This document shows, piece after piece, positions 45,801 to 59,500 of a DNA stretch of 64,000 bases (within the stretch, counting starts at the first letter, position 1; every line of letters starts with the position of its first letter). Origin of the DNA: Lytechinus pictus (lineage: Eukaryota). The notes below the pieces were generated by a model. That model was not told the origin of the DNA. It saw only the letters and a list, made by a program, of their open reading frames with translations, and ran no database searches. The DNA is taken from assembly GCF_037042905.1 (NCBI RefSeq), contig NC_087250.1, positions 15,750,001 through 15,814,000 of the forward strand, given 5' to 3'. The position numbers and the translations under genes were made by a program.

Positions 45801-48800
45801 TGAAAATATGTGACCTGCAACCCAAAAGCAAACTAAGCTTGAAAGAGCGCATCCATAGCTTTAAAAAGATTAACTCGTCAAAATTAATCAACAGTATTAA
45901 CGCATACAGGTATTTGATTGACTTCAGACGAAATCCAAGGAGAGCTCCAAAGAATAAGGAAAGAACAAGGTTCCAAGTTTGGGGTTAACTCAAGCATAAG
46001 ATGTGCACACTGGGTAATCTCGTTGAAACTTCCTATCATTCCGAAAAAGAGTGGCGTCAAAGAAACTCTTGTATCTGGGTTTTTACTTACTGACAACTTC
46101 AAAATCTGAAAGTAAGAAATACTGTTCCAGATAAGCTAATTTTTTAATAGCTTTTTTTAAAGACCAAATTGATTCAATTTACAGAGAACCAACCCTGGCG
46201 ACTCATTGTTGGTTTGAGTTGGCGGGTCACATGTGTTAAAATACTTCTCAAAAGTTTGTTTCAAACTCTTTTGAGGAAAGTTTTGAGAAAGAGTGGGGTG
46301 AATTTCATTATAACAAACCATTTAATATAGTCATACCACAAATCCAAAACAAACAAAATTTCTACCTATTGCAAAAGTTGGACAGGCGAGGGTATAAATT
46401 TTTGCTTAAACGGAAAGCCGTGGTGTAGTGGTTCTGACTCTCTCCTTCTAAATAGAGGGTCGTGTGTTCGAAATTGCTCAAAAACTTGAAATCATGTACA
46501 AATCCAATGCAAATAGTGTTTTTAGCCAAAATTCAGAAATTTATCACTATTTTTCCTATCACTGATTAAAATTAATTAATTTCATCTTGATTATGGTCAA
46601 AATAAAGTCTCTCAAAATTTCAAATGAAAAACAATAAAAACAAAAAGAAAAAAAAACAAAGAAATACGTAAGAAATTTAGAAAACAATAAAATACATAAG
46701 AAAATAAATGTGATGTTGAAATAATTTTTTAGATACATTTGACCAGATTCCTATAAAGAGTCTGTGAACCAAAAATAAGCATTTAGGGGCATTATTCAGT
46801 TAATTAGAGCAAACTTCTGATTTTTACGCATGAAATAGTCTTCTTAGGCGTCAAAATAGCCCATTTTATTTAGGGTTAAATGACTTAACATAAATTCACT
46901 GATCGGTGCATTTATACCGCAGTAATTTTTATTAGAAGTAGCAAAACAAATACAGTTTTAGGATAAATGACTTTCTGCATTATCAGCAGTGAGCTAGAAT
47001 TGTCTATTTGAAGACCATGCATTTATAACACACCAATATAGAGAGACAGCGCATAGGGTGATTTCACGTCCGGTGTTGGTCTTGGTGTTGGTGTTGGAAT
47101 TTGCATTGCTTCCCCTAGCTCCAAAATCTAATATGAGTTTGTAAAACTGATCCAGTGGCCCGATGCAGAAAGAGTTGCAATCAATCGCAACTCTAAATAT
47201 CATGCGCAACTTGATTTTCAACCAATCAACAGCGCGCATTTGGGACTTGCGATTGATTTTTTGGCTTGCGTTTAAACGTAACTCTTTCTGCAACGGGCCC
47301 CTGACCACGTTATTGACATCTCGCAAACTATAGTGAGTGACTTTTCAGGACCATCTTCATTTTATGTTTGGTGTTACACTCGTGTAATAATTGACCTAAC
47401 ATCAACACCAACAGATCAACACTGAACTCTGTTGGTCAGTTCACTTCCCCTTTAAAAACTATCACATTCCTTGAGCTTTACATTTTGAAAAAAAGGTTTT
47501 ATATCAAGATGAAATAGTATAATAATCTATAATAAAATTACATTTCTATAGCGCACAATACACAAAGTCTCCATGCGCTTCACATATACATGAATTAAAT
47601 ATCTCAACTAATGATATACAATATGGTCATTGAAAAGAATAGATTACAATAGGAATAAATAACTCGATAATTATACAGCATGGCATAGACCATGCAATTA
47701 TGTTAAAGCATATCTAATGATACAATAACTTTAGGGGGAAGAAAATCCTTTTGTTTGGAGGATAAAGGTTCTAGAACAACTTACACATCCCAGAGAGAGG
47801 GTAATGGTGTAAAAGCATCTGGTCCAATATAGGTGATTAAATTATGCCGGAGGTCACTGTACATGGGCGGAAAGAAATAAGAGAAAGGGAGGGAGAAACG
47901 AGAGAAGAATCTCAAGCTAATCCTTTTGTTTCCAAATCAGGTGATGATAATCTTCTATTCAAATTTACACCAAGAACTATAGTGCCTCAATATATGCTCT
48001 GTTTACAAAAATTATTTCCTTAGGTTTTTCTCTATTTTTGAAATTCATATGACCAGAATAATAAATATCATAAAAAGGAGGTTTTTTATTTTGTGCATCA
48101 ACAAATAAAAAGCACTGTATAAAAATATGATTGATATGAATCACTATAGCTTGAACCACTAAGTCGATAAGTGCTTACAGGAAGGGTAGGTGAGGGCACG
48201 TTACCAAATGAAAATTAAGACCACATAGTAATTGGATGAAATGATGAGTAGAGCAGCTGGTTTATGGATCAACTGATATACATGTATGATGTTAGACCAA
48301 TTGTCTATCAGACCAACTGGCTGTTGACCAAATGGTTATTAACTGATCTGGAGAATAGTCTGTTTGAAATTGCTTTGTGAAGGTTAAATATAAATCAAGA
48401 ACTTGATAAAACTAATGAGAATGGCGTATGAAAAATATAAAGTCCTAACACACCCTTTCAGCCAAACCAAGGGGGTGCAGGTGAGCTTTGGACGAGGGGT
48501 GGGGTTCCAGCAGTCAACGCAATACGAACTAACGCCCATAATACATCTTTTCGGCAAAACCAGGAGAGGTTACCATTATGGCAACACCCCACCAGGCCCT
48601 TCCAGTACAAGCCACTGATAAGATACCGCCCTCAAGAGCACTTCATTATTTTGGTCATCATTATTATAAGCCTGTTCACGGTTGTAAACTGCGCATGAGC
48701 AGAAAAAGGTCATTTGAGATAAGCCATGAAGGTGGCTTTCAAATTCACTGACAGGCATTTGTGATTTGATGATTATTCATGTATTCCTTTCAAAATATTC

Positions 48801-50550
48801 ATTTTATCACATCCAAGCTGAAGAGTAATAAATAGAACCTTCATAATCACTGGTATTTGACAGTAGCCTAAACAATAGTCAAATGTGCCAAAAGCAGACA
48901 ATAAAACAGATTTCCAAACTTTATCCCTGATGTACTATTCTAGTCACCTGGTAAAGCTTACGCAACATCTACATTTGAAAATTATAGTGCTTATCCTAAT
49001 GAAAAATCACAAAGGTCATTTGAGAAAAGTTGATCATGAGCTAACCGTGAACTGGCTTATTAACATTGTTATCATTGTAGGAAGAATTATTGTTGGGATG
49101 AAAACCGAAAAGAACAAGGAGTTCATACAGGTAGGGCCGATGAATTCAAGCGGATCCACACCTACATTAGGGTGAATTTCCAACAATGGGAGTAAACAAA
49201 TTAATTCCCCCAAACATTCAACGTAAATTAATCACTATTGATATGGGTTTTTTTCAGTTTTATTCTTTTCCATAACCTGGGGGGAAAGCTAATTCATCCA
49301 CCCATCTGTAACTACTGAAACATTAACAAAACACCTTCAAATATTTTTGTCCCATTACCCCTTATTTCCGATAACATTTCTTGCAAAGCACCTTGAGCAC
49401 TCTTGGGAGTGGTCTTGGCATGTTTCAGTCAAAATCTTTATTATCATTATCATCATTATTGTTACTATTACATAATAACAGGACGATTACAGGGAATACA
49501 GAAATGACAAATAACTTACATCTGCCGTAACTTCTGGAGACCAGAGAATAGGCCTGCTGGAATGTAGGCGATTCTGTTATTATACATGTGTCTGAAAAGA
49601 AGTGATATAGCATTAATGAGGCGGTTCAGTGGCAAACTATAAATTACACCGGCTGTAGCACCAGCTGCTAGGTGCATTCAAAGAATTAATCCTGCCAGGT
49701 AGCCATTCACCTCACCTGGGTTGAGTGCAGCACAATGTGGGTGAATTTCTTGCTGAAGGAAAATGTGCCATGACTAGGATTCAAACCCACGTCCCTCTGA
49801 TTGAGAGACAAGAGTCGTAACCACTAGACCACGAAAAGGATAGTGACAGGGAGGGCCCACAAGGCCAATGATCCAAGAGGCCCAGTACATTCGCCTTCAT
49901 CAAAAGATTTCCCACAAAGCTTGATCCACAATGTGCACTCTTTGACATGGCCCTGGGAAGCGAGGTTGCTGGGGGTGCTTCAGCATTCCCAAGACTTTCC
50001 AGTTCTGGTATTATACCCCAAAGACAGCACCCTCTGGAAATCTGGTCGGTAGGATACAAAATTATTTTGTCTCCTATGCTAAATAGCAGAAATGTAAACA
50101 AACATAATCACTTCATTATATGGAAAACCCTTTGTTTTGTATTTTTAGATTATTTTGGCAAAAAAAAGCTGCTGAAAACTGCTTATCTAATAAAAGAGAG
50201 CCAATGGAGTAAATTAGAAAGTCGAAAGGGGCCTAAGCTTTCGATCCTAGCAGAATCTTCGTCGGAGGCAAAATATTATTTTAAGCAGAAATAATTTTGA
50301 AGAGACAACCTCCGCATGTGGAAAGACCCCAGTGATTGGGGTAAAGGAATAATATGTGAGCTTTTTATGGCTACATGCCTGAAAACATCCTAAGTACTGG
50401 AAAAAAAGCTAAAAATTTACCAAAAAATGCTGTTTTACTTAAGGAACTTTACAGTTTTCATATCTAGTATAGATCAGATGTTTTTTTTTCGAGACAGTAA
50501 ACCTTTTGTTATGGGACAAGGTTTCTCTCTCTCTCTCACAAACCATCTTC

Positions 50551-50585
<35 letters not shown>

Positions 50586-53500
50586 CCTCTCTGCAGTTTT
50601 TCTTACTTACATAGTTTCCAGGCTCACAAGCGTTTTGAAAATTCTGGGGCTTCGAAAGGATGTGATCGCATTCTCGGAAAGGTCAAGAAACGTTAGCGAC
50701 TGTGAGTTGATCAACGGTTGCTCTTGCAGTTTATTACCTTTCAAGGAGCTTTTGGAATAAAATGATGAGAAATGTCAGAAGAAAGCATATATAGCTTCAC
50801 TACACAAGAGCTCAGAATTATACGTATATGGGTAAGTCATTCGGGTTGGGTAAAATAAAATTACAAGATGTCCATGCCATGTAGGTATCAACTATATTTT
50901 ACAATGAATATCAATTCAGAGGCCTGTCTTACAAAGACTTGCGATTAATAAGATCAATCGTACATAACTCTATGGAAATCCATCATAGTGTCATAATTTT
51001 TTCTACAATAAAATTGCAAAATGTCCTTAGTAAACAAAGGAGAACACACTAAATTGTCAAGAAATTTATGAATTTATGAATATACATCACATCTAGAAAA
51101 TGTTTGAACAAACATGCATTTTATAATGTTGACATTGCTGGCTTTCCATAGTTCCGATTGATTGGATCAATCGTGACTCTTTGTAAGATGGGGCCCAGAT
51201 GTGGCTCAGGCTTGTTGCGTCAATGTGAAAAAGGTGTCCTACCATGGTAATTCATGTTTGAACTTGAAATCTTTTCTGGATTTGTTGTAGTTCGGATCAA
51301 CCTATGTATAGCAATGTTACATGGATATCACATTCATATATCATTGACAATGGATTGTCAGGTCTGAAGTTGCAACCCATCATGATGTTTAATTAGCAGA
51401 ACTATGAGGGACACCATTTTTTGCTGAAGAAATCATTGGAAGGTATTTACTTAGTTTAAATGAGACTGGCTTTTTTTGGTATATCACAATTATTGACCCA
51501 ACTTTTATTTTATTTTATTTCATTTCTACATATACAATACAGTAAGTAGGTGGCTTCTTTCATCCAAGGGATATTCATGACTAGACACGTTTTGCATATT
51601 TAATGAGCTAGATGCAGACCACAACATCTCTTTTAATTCGGGCATTGCTGCTCTAAATATACATCAAATTTCATGATTTTGGTATCATTGTAAAGAAGAA
51701 TTATTCTTTCAGGTCATGTGTTTGAATTAATTTACAGATTTTGTAACATTGCAGGTAAAACTTTTTATTTAAAATATGCTTCAAAATAATTAATTTCACC
51801 TGACAAAAGTTGTTATTTTTATACTTTATTTTTGTTTGAGCCCAAATGATTTTTAAATCATGATAAAGCTGGATATCTATGCTTTAAAATGGTATATTTC
51901 AAAACAAGAATTTGTTTAATCGGAAAGATCACACTTTACATTGCCCAAGTACATTAAGCAGCTTGAAAACAAGAATAGTGCACTCTGATTGGTCAAACAG
52001 ACCACACACTCAAAAGTTCCAGTGCTGGATTCACTGCAACATCACACTCACAATGTGGTAATCTCATCAAAATACCCGCGCTTGTTGTTTTAAAGCCTTA
52101 CCCAGCCAATCAGAACTCTAGATTTCATGCTTCTCCAAAATTTTTGAAATCTCGTCTTGTACCTTGGTGGGAAAAGCATGATCTTGACCCGATTAAAAGG
52201 TGCCGCATATTAAGTGTGACATCGTGAGAAAGTACAGAAATTCAGCTTCGTGGTGATATAGATATCTTTGAGCCTTCAAAATAAAAAGTTTTGCGCAATT
52301 TGCAAAAGAAAATATAGGAGGAAAATTCAGTTTGTAAGCACATTTTCAGGCCTGAAATTCACTCATTAATCAAACTATTTTAAACAAAGTAAATGACCAA
52401 AATGAAACAGAAACATTTACTCTGTGCGAAAAGATATATAAATTGATTTGAGGCTAAAGTAGGTGAATTCTTAGAGAAAGAAAATCTCGTGATTCACAAG
52501 ATTTTTCAAGGAGGATTCGGCCATGAGAGGATTTTGATGAATCTGGCCTATTTGCTCATTAGCATAAGGACCTGCAGTCTGACTGAATAATAGCAAATAT
52601 CAACTTTGAAAATAATCAATACAATATTCAGAAAGCAATACCAGGAGACAAAATAATACTATAATGAATTAGTTTAGAAATGAAATGCATAATTCTTGGA
52701 ATATTTTCATGTACAGTCGATTGTACAATTTGCCTGTACCAGTATGCAATTTTTCACAGCGATCATTGGCCAAGATCTGAAAGGGGGGTCAATTCCCCCC
52801 AGCTAAAACCTGGTCTGAAATAGCATACAGCCCAGATATAATAGGGTTAAAATACAAATAGAATGAATTTACTCACAAAGAATAAACATCACGCAGTCCC
52901 CGAAAAGCTTCCGTTGCGAGGTGTTCCAATAAATTATTTTTCCACACCCTGCGAAAGAGTAAGAATTCTTGGTCAATTCTTAATATGACACACTTTAAAG
53001 AGAAGAAAAAAATGATATCTGCATTTGTTAAAAATTGATATTGTTATCCTGTTGGAGACTGAGCTAGTGAATATAAGCACTCTGGAGTTTACAGGAAAAC
53101 ATTTGTTATAGCAAATCATTCACCAAGAGAATAAACGTGGCAATTTTTCAAACTTGGATGAAAAATATCAAACTGATACAAAAAGCATTTTATTTTTTTC
53201 AGTGGTATCGGAAGGTTTGGATCATGGCCATATGCAGTGAGGGGGCAGGGACAGTTCAATTTTGAAAACTTAAATTTTTTTATTGATAATTTTCATAAAA
53301 TTCACCAAAGTTGTACACAAAATTGTTCAATTTTACTTTCGATTATGCAAAGTGCCCCCATGCCAAGCTTCGTTGCTCACTCAATCTCTCACTTTTAAAA
53401 TTCTTCAAAAAAATTTACGCGTCTTGCCCCAGGGAAAATATTCTGCATACAGCCATGGCTTGGAGTCAATTTCATTGGTAAGACTGATAAGTAGGGTAAT

Positions 53501-56500
53501 AGACTGTCCCCAGACCTGCCAACCTTCTACAACAAAAACAAGTATTCTTAGAAGGAAAAAAAAAAAATTTTGACAAAAAGAGTATTCTTAAAAATTTGTC
53601 TCAACGTAACAATCAACAGCCTGTTGGAGTGAGATCGGTGAAGAAACATGTGAAATGACTGCATGTACTTGAAAACTTGACGATTTACCCTTTTATGCAT
53701 GTGCTCATTTACTTGTTCTTTTCATGCAACAAGTTACTGGCCCGACAGTGATTTTTTACCGGTCTGGGACCGTCGGACCGGCGCTGAGTCTAATACATAC
53801 TCCATGATTGGAAAAAAATTTAAAGTTACAAATCACACAAAAAAAGTATTGGTGTATTCATAGCAAAAAAGAGGAACAAATACTCTAAAAAGGGAACGGT
53901 TGGCATGTCTGTGTACCCTCCCCCCACCTTCTTTGCAAGTCTGAATGATGACATTCCATTAACATCAATGAAAACCAATTACTGATACTATAGAACGAAC
54001 AAAGAGGGCAGCAACACTTGGCTGTAGAGCAACACTACAGGCCTATAGGTGACATATAGAGCACACACAAGTAAATCATCAGGCTCAATGCATTTCGGAC
54101 AAACCCAAGATCACATGACTTAATTGAATAAAATGGATCATCTAAATTAGACTGAGACAAAATGTTTGTATATGAAGATATGAATAATAAAATAAAATCT
54201 ATATTCGCTTTAGGCATTTTGGAAAACCTATGCTGTATCTAATTTGGATATCATTTCAAGTATCATTGTTGGAAGTGCATTTCTAGTTTTTTCTCACTGT
54301 GAACTGACTTAATTTAAGTTAAGCATGTTTTGGGTCTGACATGTTTTTTTTTATTAGAAAGTCAAAAAGGGGCCTAAGCTTTCGATCCTAGCAGAATCTT
54401 CGTCGGAGGCAAAAGCCTCCGACGCCTCATTTTGCCTCCGACGAAGATTCTGCTAGGATCGAAAGCTTAGGCCCCTTTTTGACTTTCTAATTTACTCCAT
54501 TGGCTCTCTTTTATTAGATAAGCAGTTTTCAGCAGCTTCTTTTTGCCATTTTTTTATTAGCTCAGAAAGTATGGGATTAAAGTACTTGTTGTACTGTAAA
54601 TTGTGATTCCTCAAAGTAAATCAACACAAAATCTACCCACATTGCAATCTTGGAAAAGGTACAAAGAAATATAAGACCAGGGGGTGTTTCACAAAGATTT
54701 AAGTATGACTTAGAGTCGCACTTAAATACGGAGTTGCGTACGGTATGAAAGGCTCGACCACATTGGTCAAATCGTGTCATGAGGACGCGTACTACTGCAT
54801 ATCTATCAATAAGATCGCACGTTGCATATCATGTACGCGTCAGTATTTAAGTGCGACTTAAGTCATACTTAAATCTTTGTGAAACACCACCCAGCAGTGT
54901 TACAGATATACCTCGGTGGGGGGGGGGTGGGGGGGCATGGTCACTCACATATATTGGTTGTACGGGGATGTGCCATGCACTTTGGTGACCACCCTTTTTA
55001 AGACCTAATTTTCAATTCTCTAGATACTTCGAACGACATAAGTTCAATTCAGAAGCCGCCCCGCCCCGGTTGCAAGACCTCTGTTACGAAACATCTCAGT
55101 TCCCGAGCCCTGCCAAAATTGTCCAGCGCGAGCACCACATGCGAGAGTTGCACGCACGCCTTCCACTACATGTAGCAGCTCCATGCACCGCTATGGCGCC
55201 CACATCATACATGGACAGCGCTAGCACTGTACCTTTTGTACCACAATCCCGTTCCGAAGACCCTGTTTTTCACACCGCCCAGTATGTATTTAGTTCCCAA
55301 GACCCCATATTTTACCCTTGTGGTCAGTACCTTCGACCCCCAATTCAGGCTTTCGTGAGGCACACCCCCATCAAAATGTAATTTGAGTGCCCCCCCAGCA
55401 TACCTCTCCATCTTATGGGATATATACCCTCTGAACACACCATACACTTGCCAGTGTAGCACTGATCCACAAAGAAACCCACTCCTTAGTCCCTTCAACT
55501 ATCAATTACCTGAATCAAAATACCTGTAGGTGGCCAGTAACCAGATTAAGTCAACCTCTGAATTCTAATACTATATCCAAACCAACAAGGACTGCTAATA
55601 CTGAGTGCTAACTGCACTCACTGGCCCGTATTCTGAAGTCGGGTTTAACTGAAACTCAGGTTTAAAGTTGTGGTTTAAGTATGGATAGCCAATTGTTACA
55701 TAAATCACTAACAGTAAAGATATCTTATTTCAGCTCATTTGGCTCTCAAATCATTCATAATTGTCTAGGAAGTATAAATACATGTAGATGATTGCCTTCA
55801 CCATCGATGAATCAGGATAGAGCACAGTAAATATAAGAAACATACAACTTAATTTTAAAAAATTGACACTTTTGGCTTCCCATAATTTTAGCACAGAGTT
55901 AGACCACGGTTTAAGTTAAACCTGACTTCAGAATACGGGCCACTATATCCAAGAATAATCCCAAATTGGAAATCCTGATGTGAAATCTTAACTCGACAGT
56001 AAAAACTTTAAAGTCCACTTATCAGCTGCCAAATAATGCATGCATAAGGGACCGCACGTCTCATAGCCCAGCTGCGGCGGTCGGTGCAGTATAGAAAAGA
56101 CATGAGTTGATTTTTTATTATTATTTTATTTTGATGAGCTGTGATTTGACACGTGAGTGATGCGAGTCTAATTTCCCAGTGATATACTATACATCTCTGT
56201 GCCCATGCAAAGTGAAAATCAGTGGTGCTGCCCTCTATGTTTTTTTCATGCTCAATGTCCATTTAGACACTTTATCCATTGATATATAAAGACTGGATAG
56301 AGCTCATATGCTGCAGCGGACAGGTCCTTGAAGCCACAGGAAATGTACTCCACGACACAATACCGGTATGGGGCCAGATACCAAGACACAAGAAATCACA
56401 CACACGTGCGAAAGTAAAGTGTGGTCTTATTGTGTGAGCTTGACCCTTTGGAGCATGTTCAAGTGTTTCCAGTGGACTCAAAAGAGTTTGATGTTGCTCG

Positions 56501-59500
56501 ATCCAGTTTTCTTATATCAATGATTATTATCACTTACAAATTCATGACCTTCGAGTTACCACTAATGATCCTTCCTTCTACTTCCACTATTTCACAATTA
56601 CTGAAATCCCTGTATGGGGAGAAGGAAAAATATATGAAAATATTATATTCCCCATATTCCCCATACTAAAAAACTTGCTATAATAATGATAATTCAATAC
56701 TTCTATAGTGCCTAACAAAATTTCTCTAAGCGCTTTACATCACAAAACCTAACTACTTAACTTAATAAACTAAACTCACTTATCAACTTAACTACCTTAC
56801 ATAACTAAACATCCAACGTAACTACCTTACATATCTAAAATACTAACTTAACTACTGGCATATTAACTGTAAAAAATCATACTAATTACGGAAGAGATAT
56901 GTCTTAAGTGCTACTTTAAAGGAACGTAGAGAAGAATGGGATCTTAAGCTAAGAGGAAGTGAGTTCCAGAGTGTAGGAGCCACAACTGAAAAGGCTCCGA
57001 CGCCATGGGTGTGGGAGGTTGCATTGGGAACAACTAAAAGATTCTTGTTGGATGACCGAAGTGATCGAGAGGGTTGGTAGGTGTTGAGCATGCTCGCGAT
57101 GTATGAGGGGGACTTTCCTTAGATGCTATAGGATTGGTTAAATGTCAGTCCCGTGATAAAGGGTAGTTTGGCCATCATTTTTGTTTCGCTGATCACTTCA
57201 GCCTATAGGTTCAAAATGCGTTGTGTTACTTTGAGTTTGCGCGAAATAAGTGGCTATTGCCACTCAATTTTTAGTTCCATTTTCTCCATCACATGCAGTA
57301 ATGATCTAGTTGCATGCGCAGTCTAAATACGCGCTAGCAGTAAATCATTACGCAAAGTAAAAGGGCTTTGTCCTTTATTTGTTTTGTTGTGAAATTCTTT
57401 TGTGAGGTCACAATTACCCAACTCGAGCAAGATCCCGATGCTTGTGCACAATTTACATACATGCTAGCAGGGAAAAAAAATCAGAGTGATTTTTTTTAAG
57501 GAAACCTTCCATCTCTTAAAATAAAAATGCCATCTTATTGAGGAGTATGAATACTTGGTTTCTTTTTTATATAGTTCTTCCACATGTGAAATATAAAGCA
57601 TAATTATATTCACCTCTTGATTTCAGGAGGCAAGCTATCTCTCTCGCGGTGAGCTGGATGTACTCGCTATCTTTCCTCAGCTTTGCTTCTGAAAGATAGC
57701 TACATCCAGCATACCTGGAAAGTGATAGTTTGCCCATCAACTTCACCAACGGTGATTATTTGCTCACTAGTACTGAATTACACCAACATCTCTGATATTT
57801 GGGGGGTGCAGCATTGCCTATGAAAGCGCCGCTAATGCTAAACAAAACATTTTCATCTCTATCCAGCCAAAGTTACCATGGAAAGTTTTGAAGTGGGCTA
57901 ACATTCCCATCGCTAATGATTACAAGGTTAAAACACAGTTTCATATTTTACCCAGTATCAAAGGGATGGTCCGGGCTGAAAGTATTTATAGCTTAATTTA
58001 TAGAGTAGAATTCACTGAGCAAAATGCCAAAATTTTCATCAAAATTGGATAACAAAGTTATTGAATTTTAAAGTTTAGCAATATTTGGGGTAAACAGTCG
58101 TCATGAATATTCATTAGGTGGGCTGATGATGTCACATCTCCACTTGTTCTTTTGTATGTTATTATATGAAATGAGGTTTATTCAAATTTTTTCCTCCAAG
58201 AAGTAGAAAAATTGGAATGACAACTGATTTAGTGCATTAGATATTTATTGCTACAACTTATTTCATGATAAGGGAGACATATTATTCACACAAGTATGAA
58301 ATAATGAAAAAAAAAAAGATTTTATGTAATAACATAAGAAACGGAAAGTGGAGATGTGACATCATCAGCCCACCTAATAAATATTCATGACGCGTGTTTT
58401 CACAAAGTATTGCTAAACTTTAAACTTCCAATAACTTTATTATCTGTTATCCGATTTTGATGAAATTCTCGGCATTTTACTCAGTGAATTCTACTCTATG
58501 TATTAAGATATAAATATTTTCAGCCCGGACCATCCCTTTAAAAACTTTAAAAAAATTTAAAAACCCTCACATTTCACTGAAAATACTGATTTTTACATAA
58601 ACTTTTTTCTTCCTACATGATACTTACATGGCATATTCTATTTGACTATCAAAAGAAATATCATGGAATGCTTGGTCTTCAAGTAACTCGAGCCGCCCAT
58701 TTTCCCAGGACCTGAAAAAAAAAAATGTTTGTTTGAAACAATTGAAAACTACCTTTAAGAGAAACTAACTTTTCACACTGTTTTTCCATTTAATCTAAAC
58801 ACACTTTCTATAGATTAAAATTACGTTCAATCTATAAAATGAAAAGTAGTTTGAACTTGATTTGGTAAAAGATAAAGTCTTAAATCAGCTCGTGTTCGAT
58901 CGGGACAGATCACCAATTACGTGATTGCCCGCTCTCTCTCCATCTTTCTCTCTTTCTCTCTCTCTCTCTCTCTTTTGCTGCACTCTCTCAAAGTTACTAA
59001 CTTTTCTGAGCTTTCTAATAGGTAATTAATTTTCATTAAAATATTAAAAGATTAACCTACTGTGGAAAGGAAGGCTTGTTGATTTCGACCTGATGAAGTC
59101 ATTTATCTTTGTAATAATAATAATAATAATTACATTTATGTAGTGCTTCATATGTTGGTTTCTAAGCGCTTTACAATGTAATTATTATGACCCTTTGTAC
59201 ACAAAGTATAAAAATTAGCAATTTTCGGCATGACATTGGCTCGTAAAATATCATGTGACATCACGATGCTATACCCTTATGTCACAAATTTGGTCTCAAA
59301 AGTTGCCCGAGACTTTTTAAAAAAAAGTCATGAAATTTTGCGGCGCAATCTTTTTGCATTTTGGAAATATCGCGCGAAGCATTGAGGGGGGGGGGCATCC
59401 TGGCCCCCCAGTCCTTTTAGAGTTTAACTAAATTTATTGCGTTTACAAGGAATTCAGAAGGGTGAGGTGAAAACATGTCACTGTGACCTAGACCTTAGAC

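Noticed and set aside
46090..46106. Possible micro-exon (ttcag|ATTTTGAAGTTGTCA|gtaagt)
   Set aside because: Lies inside a TIR-bounded element (about 45808-46232); the flanking exons already join into a correct LRR-LRRCT.
55510..55523. Possible 14-nt micro-exon (cctacag|GTATTTTGATTCAG|gtaatt)
   Set aside because: Would break the frame between phase-2 LRR exons.
59080..59105. ctgatga hammerhead-like core
   Set aside because: No stem II plus GAAA in the required order.
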